This document shows, one piece after another, positions 57,139 to 64,000 of a DNA stretch of 64,000 nt; position 1 is the first letter of the stretch; each line of letters starts with the position of its first letter. The DNA is from Candidatus Bathyarchaeota archaeon (GTDB lineage: Archaea > Thermoproteota > Bathyarchaeia > Bathyarchaeales > Bathycorpusculaceae), in contig CAVYRJ010000009.1 of the NCBI GenBank assembly GCA_963770935.1, positions 32,001-96,000 on the forward strand, read 5' to 3'. The position numbers were made by a program, and so were the translations under genes. Under the pieces are notes generated by a model. It did no database searches. It was not told the DNA's origin and saw only the letters and a program-made list of their open reading frames with translations.

Positions 57139-57947
57139 AAGTAACCTATCAGGGCGAAACAGGCGCCTACAGCGAAATGGCTGTCTTCAAGTTTTTCGGC
57201 AGCAAAGCAGAGCCTATTCCCTGCAAAGATTTCCGAGAGGTCTTCGAATCCGTTAAAACAGGTACGGTTCCTAACGGCGTGGTTCCCATTGAGAACTCCA
57301 TTGAAGGCAGCGTCAACCAAAACTACGATTTATTCCTTGCTTACGACCTCAAAGTCTGCGGTGAAGTCGCAGTGAAACTTGCCCACGTCTTAATCGCTAA
57401 TTCCCAAACCAAACTTGACGACGTCCAAACAGTCTATTCTCACCCCCAAGCGCTGGCGCAATGCCGCAGCTACCTTGAAAAGCACAAGTGGGAAATCATC
57501 CCCGCATACGACACGGCTGGAGCAGCCAAAGCCATCAAAGAAAAAAAGCTTTTCAACGCCGCAGCCATCGCAAGTGAAAAAGCCGCCGACCTCTACGGCA
57601 TGAAAATTCTTGCCCGAGACATCGCCGATAACCCGTCAAACTACACGCGGTTTCTTGTCCTCTCACATGAAGATGCAGCGCCAACTGGAGACGACAAAAC
57701 TTCAATCATATTCTCAGCTAAGCATGCCCCTGGCACTTTGTACCATGTTCTTGGAGAGTTTGCGTCAAGAAACATCAACCTGACAAGAATCGAATCCAGA
57801 CCCACAAAAACCACCGCTTGGCAATACAACTTCTACCTTGACTTTGAGGGTCATAGAACCGAAAAACGCTGCGCTGAAGCAGTGCAAGCGCTAGAAAAGT
57901 ATGCTACTTTCGTGAAAATTCTGGGATCGTACCCCAGAGCAATCTAA
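57135..57947 (+). CDS. pheA: Prephenate dehydratase
   Basis: PIENSIEG, SHPQALAQC, NYTRF, IESRP, LGSYP. Confidence 0.95.
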   Translation: MKVTYQGETGAYSEMAVFKFFGSKAEPIPCKDFREVFESVKTGTVPNGVVPIENSIEGSVNQNYDLFLAYDLKVCGEVAVKLAHVLIANSQTKLDDVQTVYSHPQALAQCRSYLEKHKWEIIPAYDTAGAAKAIKEKKLFNAAAIASEKAADLYGMKILARDIADNPSNYTRFLVLSHEDAAPTGDDKTSIIFSAKHAPGTLYHVLGEFASRNINLTRIESRPTKTTAWQYNFYLDFEGHRTEKRCAEAVQALEKYATFVKILGSYPRAI

Positions 57948-58080
57948 CTCGACTCTTTTCGCCTGAATTATTTCTTTGCTTTCTTTCGCGGCAAATCTGC
58001 AACACAATTTCGCCTGGGTACCAAAGGGTGCCAATAAAAATAACTAACTTGTGGAAAAACCAGATTAAAGAAGAGCTAAA

Positions 58081-58953
58081 CTATTTTTCTGTTGATTCTA
58101 GCATTTTATACATGTTTTCGTAGGATTCTACGAAATCGCTGTCGGATTCCTTTAGCCTCTTCTTTAGCTGTTCCATGCGCTCAACGATAGCCTTATTGTC
58201 TTTGCTTTTGATTAGGCTAAGCAGCTCTTGGGCTTTAGCCATAAAAGTGTCCTCGATTTTTCCCAGTTCAGGCAGGTTAGTCTGCACTGCAGCGTAGAGG
58301 TCAGGGGTTTCCAGCGCGGTTGCTTCTGCCAATGTGAAGAGCATTCGGTAGGTTGTGCCAGCTACCTTTTTTGTTTCTGGCAGATTCTTCTGCTCTAGAA
58401 GCGTTTCACAGGCGACTAAGCCAAGGAAATGAGGGAGGCCAAGCACGACTGACATAAGTTCATCGTGTTTTTTGGGTGTCATGATGAAAACATGTGCTTC
58501 TTCCTTTTCCAGCCAATGTTTGAATTTTTCCGCAAACTCCTGTTCCGTAGCGTTCGTAGGGGTTAAGACATAGGCTTTGTGCTTGACGCCGTTGCTTCCC
58601 GGACCAAAAACTGGATGTGTACCCAACACGGTGGCGCCTTTGACATATTGGTGCATGGTTTTGACGGGTGCTTCTTTGATTGAGCAAATATCCATAACCA
58701 CTTGCCCTTCGTGGAGAGACGGGCTAATTGCTTTAACTACCTCTTCCATCGCATTTATTGAGACGCATAGGATAATTTGGTCGGCGTCTTGGACAGCTTC
58801 TTGAAAATTTGTAGTTAGGTCAACCATTAAATCTTTTAGATTTTCAAGTCTCGTTTTTTTCCTATCAGCCAATACCACATCGTAATCTTTTGAGAGGAAA
58901 AATTTGGCGAACCAAATACCCATTTTCCCCGCGCCGATTACGGCAATCCTCAT
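58081..58953 (-). CDS. tyrA: Prephenate/arogenate dehydrogenase
   Basis: GAGKMG, DICSIK, HPVFGP, HD.LM....LPH. Confidence 0.92.
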   Translation of the reverse strand: MRIAVIGAGKMGIWFAKFFLSKDYDVVLADRKKTRLENLKDLMVDLTTNFQEAVQDADQIILCVSINAMEEVVKAISPSLHEGQVVMDICSIKEAPVKTMHQYVKGATVLGTHPVFGPGSNGVKHKAYVLTPTNATEQEFAEKFKHWLEKEEAHVFIMTPKKHDELMSVVLGLPHFLGLVACETLLEQKNLPETKKVAGTTYRMLFTLAEATALETPDLYAAVQTNLPELGKIEDTFMAKAQELLSLIKSKDNKAIVERMEQLKKRLKESDSDFVESYENMYKMLESTEK

Positions 58954-60029
58954 TTAGCCGCCTCGCAGATTTTATCTAGACCTTCTTCTATTTGGTCGTC
59001 TGGTGCAGTTAGGGATATCCGGAAGTGTTCGCGGTAGTCGCCAAAAGCTGTGCCTGGAGCTACAGCGACACCTTTGTCGAGTAATTCTAAGGTGAATTTT
59101 TCTGAGTCTAAGCCGTCAAGTTTGGGAAACACATAGAAGGGTGCGTCAGGTTTGGTGAATTTGAAGCCTGCTTCTGAGAGTTTGGTGCTTGCGAGGTCTG
59201 CGCGTTTTTTGTATTTGGCTTTGATTTTGGACGCTATTTGCTTTTGTAGTTCTAATCCTTTTAGCGCGGCGTCTTGGATAAAGAGTGGCACGTTGTTTAT
59301 TGTGATTTGGTTCAGTTTGGTTATATTATCAACTAGGGGTTTGTTGGTGATTACGTAGCCGACTCGCCAACCTGTCATACTGAAGGTTTTAGAGAACCCA
59401 TTTGACAGGATATGTTTGCAATCGCCGTCGTAGTCGATGATACTTTTTGTTTTAGTGAAAGCTATTGTCCCATAAACCTCATCGGAGAGTATGGTTACGC
59501 CTTTTTTGTTTGCAATTTCCATTATGCCATCGAGGGTTTTGGTGTTAATCAGTTTGCTTGTGGGGTTGTTGGGGTTGTTGAGGATAATCATGCGGGTGTC
59601 TTTGTCAATTAGGCTCTCCAGCTTATCGATGTCTATATTCCAGTCGTTCTCAAACTCGGTTCGCAGCAGTTTAGTTTTGGCGCCTAAACTTTTGGCGATT
59701 AAATCGTAAGCTGTCCAATAAGGAGTAGGAATAATGACATTTCCGCCGCCCTTCATCATTAAAAACATCGTGGCAAATATGCCCCATTTAGATCCAGGTG
59801 TAATAACAACATTTTCCACTTTAACACCGTGCAGTTCAGCGAGTTTCTGACGAAGTTTATTCTCGCCGTAAGAAGAAGAATACTTGGTTCTGCCCGTCTT
59901 CATAGATGCGTATGCGGCTTCCACTATTTCAGGCGGCGTTGCCAAGTCTGGGTCGCCAAGGTTTAAGCGGATTATTTTTTTTCCTTCACTTTCAAGTTTG
60001 AGGGCTTTCTCGTTTATCTCGTAGAGCAT
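58950..60029 (-). CDS. Class I PLP aminotransferase (aromatic/aspartate)
   Basis: GDPD, NPNNPT, SDEVY, GFSKTFSMTGWRVG. Confidence 0.92.
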   Translation of the reverse strand: MLYEINEKALKLESEGKKIIRLNLGDPDLATPPEIVEAAYASMKTGRTKYSSSYGENKLRQKLAELHGVKVENVVITPGSKWGIFATMFLMMKGGGNVIIPTPYWTAYDLIAKSLGAKTKLLRTEFENDWNIDIDKLESLIDKDTRMIILNNPNNPTSKLINTKTLDGIMEIANKKGVTILSDEVYGTIAFTKTKSIIDYDGDCKHILSNGFSKTFSMTGWRVGYVITNKPLVDNITKLNQITINNVPLFIQDAALKGLELQKQIASKIKAKYKKRADLASTKLSEAGFKFTKPDAPFYVFPKLDGLDSEKFTLELLDKGVAVAPGTAFGDYREHFRISLTAPDDQIEEGLDKICEAAK

Positions 60030-60054
60030 CTTTGGACTCTCCGTTAAGAGTTCT

Positions 60055-60315
60055 TTATTCTTGAACGGCACTGCACATATTAACTATTTCGCGGTAAACT
60101 CGTTCAATTTGAGCAGGATCAAGCTGACATTGGACAGATTTGTCCTTTATGCGTCTGTAAACTTCATTTTCCCTTGATGAATCGCGTATTGGCATGTCCT
60201 GCCTTTTCTTCGATTCACCGATGGCTTTGCAAACTCTAACTCTTTCGCACAAAGCCTTGAGGACTTCGTCGTCGATTTCATCTACCCTTTTTCTCAGCTT
60301 TTGGATTTCATCCAT
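60055..60315 (-). CDS. Chorismate mutase (AroQ type)
   Basis: LRKRVDEID...ER....IGESK...RDSSRE. Confidence 0.9.
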   Translation of the reverse strand: MDEIQKLRKRVDEIDDEVLKALCERVRVCKAIGESKKRQDMPIRDSSRENEVYRRIKDKSVQCQLDPAQIERVYREIVNMCSAVQE

Positions 60316-60317
60316 GT

Positions 60318-61421
60318 TTAGTGCTCCTTGAGGACTTTGGCTATGTAGCCAGCACGGATCAGGTGATCAGCTAAGGTTATGGCAACTGCCGCTTCGACTG
60401 CGGGTACGGCTTTTGGAACAACGCATGGATCATGTCTGCCCTTAACGTTCAAAGCTACATTCTCCATAGAGGATAGGTTAACAGTTTTTTGTTCCTTAGC
60501 AATCGAGGGCGTAGGCTTTATCGCCACACGAATCATGATCGGCATACCACTGGATAAGCCGCCTAAAACTCCGCCGGCATATTCCGTTGACGTGATAACT
60601 TCTCCATTCTTCAGGAGAAATGCATCGTTATTCTCTGAACCCCTAAGCTCAGCAACCTTAAAACCTGCGCCAAACTCGACACCCTTAACCGCTGGAACAG
60701 CAAACAGAGCTTTAGCTAAATCAGCATCCAACGAATCAAACAATGGCTCACCTATCCCAACTGGCATGTTAAACGCGATGCATTCGATCACTCCACCAAG
60801 GCTATCACCTGCTTTTCGGGCTTCGATTATTGCTTCTTCCATCTTCTCTGCGCAGGCTAAGTCGGGACATCTTGTTGTGGCAGCATTTTTGTTTTTGCGG
60901 ATTTCTGCAGCACTAAACTTTTTGTCAGTTTTAACTTTGCCAATCGATTGTGTATAGGCCAAAATGTCGATGTCATATCTGTTTAGGAGCTTTTTGGCTA
61001 TGGTTCCTGCCATTATTAGGGCAACTGTGACTCTGCCTGAGAAGCGTCCGCCGCCACGGTAGTCGTTGAAGCCGCCGTACCTTACGCGGGCTGGGTAATC
61101 TGAGTGCCCCGGTCTTGGCAGGTCCTTAATGGCTTCGTAGTCGCTAGAGTTGGTATCCTTATTTTCCACCATCAAAGCGATTGGTGCGCCTGTTGTTAAG
61201 CTGTTAAAAACTCCGCTGAGAATTTTTGCAAAATCCTTTTCGACACGTGCCGAAACAATTTTAGTTTCTGCTGGAACTCTTCGGTCAAGTTCCTCTTGGA
61301 AATTTTTTTCGGAGAGCGGCAACCCTGCTGGACAGCCATCCACGACTACGCCGACGACTTTGCCATGGCTCTCGCCAAACGTTGTAATAATGAATTCTTT
61401 ACCTATCGAATTTCCCGCCAA
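60318..61421 (-). CDS. aroC: Chorismate synthase
   Basis: TFGESHG, RPGHSD, RGGGRFSGR, KPTPSI, GRHDPC. Confidence 0.96.
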   Translation of the reverse strand: MAGNSIGKEFIITTFGESHGKVVGVVVDGCPAGLPLSEKNFQEELDRRVPAETKIVSARVEKDFAKILSGVFNSLTTGAPIALMVENKDTNSSDYEAIKDLPRPGHSDYPARVRYGGFNDYRGGGRFSGRVTVALIMAGTIAKKLLNRYDIDILAYTQSIGKVKTDKKFSAAEIRKNKNAATTRCPDLACAEKMEEAIIEARKAGDSLGGVIECIAFNMPVGIGEPLFDSLDADLAKALFAVPAVKGVEFGAGFKVAELRGSENNDAFLLKNGEVITSTEYAGGVLGGLSSGMPIMIRVAIKPTPSIAKEQKTVNLSSMENVALNVKGRHDPCVVPKAVPAVEAAVAITLADHLIRAGYIAKVLKEH

Positions 61422-62698
61422 CTAAGTCAGCTCCTAACTGTTTTAGATGAGTGAAGAACTGTCGGATAAGACTTTCTGACGCACTGAGCATTTTGAATTG
61501 TGGTTTCTCCCTTGGCTCCTAATGCGGCAACTGCGCAAGCCATAGCTATTCGGTGGTCATTGTGAGGATCTATGGCTACGCCGTGTAAGGGTGAGCCGCC
61601 CTGAATGATTAAGCCGTCGTCAGTAATGGTTACTTTCGCGCCCATCTTTGTTAACTCAAGGTAAAGCGATTCGAGACGGTCAGATTCTTTAAGCCGGAGT
61701 CTACGAGCCCCAAAAATGTGAGAAATACCCTTCGCATAACATGCAAGGACGACTATGGCTGGGACAAGATCAGGAATATTCTTCGCATCAACTTCTACAG
61801 GTTTAAGTAAACTTTCTGAACCTTCAATCTCAACCCTGTCTTCGCAAACTTTCCCGTTTATCCCCATATGTTTTAAAATACCCAAAATTGCTTTGTCGCC
61901 TTGAACACTGCCATAGTCAAGGTTGTTAATCTGGACTTTAGAGTTGATTATTGCTGCAGCAGCGAACAGAAAGGCGGCTGAGGAAAAGTCTCCTGGAACC
62001 CTGCTGTCTGAGGGTGTATAGGTTTGGTTTGCTGGGATGTGAATGTGGTTTTCGTGTGCAGGCACTTTAACTCCATGATTAGCTAAAACAGTCTGAGTCA
62101 TCTTTACGTAATCCGCAGACTCCAACGGCGAACTAAGCATTATCTCCGTGTCGACACTTGCCATTGGGCAAGCAAACATCAAACCAGAAATAAATTGCGA
62201 ACTCACATCACCCGGAATGGAAGTCTCTCCTCCTACAATTCCCCCTCCCGAAACAAAAACTGCATCTCTTTCGCCCAGCTTTCCAAAATGAACTTTGGTG
62301 CCAAGTTCCTTGAGGCTTGCCAGCAAAGGTTCCACAGGGCGCTTTTCAATGGAGCCCTTAAACACCAACGTCGAAGAACCAATTGCCAAAGCAGCTACGG
62401 GAATCATGAAACGCAACGTTGCCCCTGATTCACCACAATCAATAGGCTCCTTTGCGCCTTTAAGCGGAATTGCACCTTTGATGGTCCAGCAATCTTCAGC
62501 AATTGTAATTATTGCTCCCAAAGCAGTAACAGCACGGAGCGTGGCTTCGGTATCCTCGGAAAGAAGAGGGTTAGAAACTTTAGAAATCCCGTTAGCGAGG
62601 GCGGCAGCAATGACCATTCTTTGCGTATAAGATTTGGAGGGGGGCGCACAAACTTGACCAATCAACTTTTCAGTTTTTTTAACTAATACATCAGTCAT
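61399..62698 (-). CDS. aroA: EPSP synthase (apparent +1 indel ~61462)
   Basis: PPSKS, ESGATLRF, SSQF, KESDR, DHRIAM; removing one base gives KSYPQFF...GGKFDR*. Confidence 0.95.
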
Positions 62699-62700
62699 TG

Positions 62701-63571
62701 CTATAGCACCTTAGCTTTCTCGCTGTTCAACTTTGCCTGCAACACTTCACCATCGTATCTTAGCAGGGCAGCTTCTACGGAAGCAATTTTATCTTTGGAT
62801 ACGACAACTGTCACTGCTGGTCCTTTTCCGCAAAGCCCCGCTGCAACAGCTCCAGCAGCCAATGCATCAATGGCGATTGCTGGATTAAGGTTAGAGGCTG
62901 AAGAATAGATTAAGCCATTTAGCGTTAATGCCTCCCAAACTCTCCCCTCCAAAACCCTGTCAAACGCGATTTCTACAAGAGGCTTGACGGATCTGAGCCT
63001 GCCTACGTTTGAGTTAGCAGTATAGGCTTTCTGTGGCGGTGCATGGAATAACACCACCAAATCATCTGGTAATGGCAACTGCTTGATTATTTCCCGACTC
63101 AGAGTTATCAGTGATTACAATGCCACCAAAGTATGAAGCGCAAGCATCATCAAAAGCACCCGTCACGGTAACGTTTGCGTCAAAAGCTGCTTCGACACCA
63201 AGCTTGACGATTTCTATGTCATCGAGTGTTTTCTTTAATGCCGCGATTGTTGCTAAAGCAGTTGCGTTTGCAGCAACACTGCTGCTTTTTAGACCTCTGG
63301 CGATAGGAATGTTGGACTGGGTTTTTATTTTTGCTCCAAAACTCTTCTCTAAACCGAAGAGCTGCAGAACTCTTGTCACGGTTTTTTCTATTAAAAGGGA
63401 GCTTTCTGTTGGGTCAGAGGCAATCTCTCCGCTGATAAATCCTACCTCATTGGTTAGTTTGACTTCTGCCTTTGTCCACAAGTCAACTCCAAACGCTGCA
63501 CCCTTCCCTAAAGCAATCGCGTTTACGATTGTTGCAGCCCCATGCGCTATAGCAGTAGCTTTGCCAGCCAA
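62701..63571 (-). CDS. aroK: Archaeal GHMP-family shikimate kinase (apparent +1 indel ~63102)
   Basis: GAATIVNAIA.GKG, IPIARGLKSSS, TGAFDDA, AGLCGKGP. Confidence 0.92.
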
Positions 63572-63573
63572 GT

Positions 63574-64000
63574 CTACACCTTCTGCAAATGTTTAAGCGC
63601 TGCGTGCCTCATGACTTCAACAGGCGCAGGTTTCCCCGTCCAGATTTCAAACGATGCAGCACCTTGATAAATCAACATCTCAACCCCGCTTACAACTTTG
63701 GCTCCTACAGCTTGTGCTTCTTTAACCAGTTTGGTCTCTATGGGGTTGTAAACTATATCCATTACCGCTAAATTTGGACCTTAACAATTTAGGTGCTACA
63801 ACGCTTTCTTCTGACTTTGGGTTTCATTCCGATTGATGTGGCGTTAATTAGAATGTCTGAGTCTTGTAGGTTCTGCTGGATTTCCTTTGGTGAAAGTGAA
63901 CCCGCAAATATTTTTTTGTTAGCTAATTTTTCCAGCAGTTTAGCCAGGTCTTGAGCTGGTTTTAGGGTTCGGTTTAAAACTGCAAGCTCATCGGTTTCCT
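63574..64000 (-). CDS. aroE: Shikimate dehydrogenase, 3' part (indels ~63780-63825; truncated by window end)
   Basis: LNRTLK, INATSIGM, MDIVYNPIET, GVEMLIYQG..SFEIWTG. Confidence 0.9.

Noticed and set aside
26404-63830. Programmed frameshifting or true pseudogenes in split genes
   Set aside because: Essential genes affected, heterogeneous contexts, otherwise intact frames; sequencing error is simpler

Overview
Archaeal chromosomal window, most consistent with Bathyarchaeia (TACK). This is inferred from Topo VI, Cbf5, L14e, proteasome beta, aCPSF1, SepF, Smc-ScpAB and several large beta-propeller surface proteins with a TM-KR tail. Core content: serC/serA/DUF1015, aqpZ, psmB-aCPSF1, queT-queC, dinB, a 23S rRNA gene with no adjacent 16S or 5S, tRNA-Thr(UGU), rpl14e-cbf5-MTase, egsA, an FKBP PPIase, top6B-top6A, ABCE1, smc-scpA-scpB, ilvBN-leuCDBA-pheA and a convergent aro/tyr operon. 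About ten apparent single-base insertions break conserved genes and are probably sequencing errors. Best novelty candidates: (1) a preQ1-I-like pseudoknot that covers the RBS of queT-queC (possible archaeal preQ0 riboswitch); (2) a radical SAM/SPASM enzyme with a Trp/His-motif 139-aa partner, and a nearby 22-aa acidic Trp micropeptide; (3) a divergent amidohydrolase / UDG-fold pair; (4) a G-quadruplex motif between tandem surface-protein paralogs, plus an orphan paralog tail; (5) a tRNA-Thr with a rewired D/T-loop elbow; (6) an unannotated box C/D sRNA. All calls come from reading the sequence; no searches were run.
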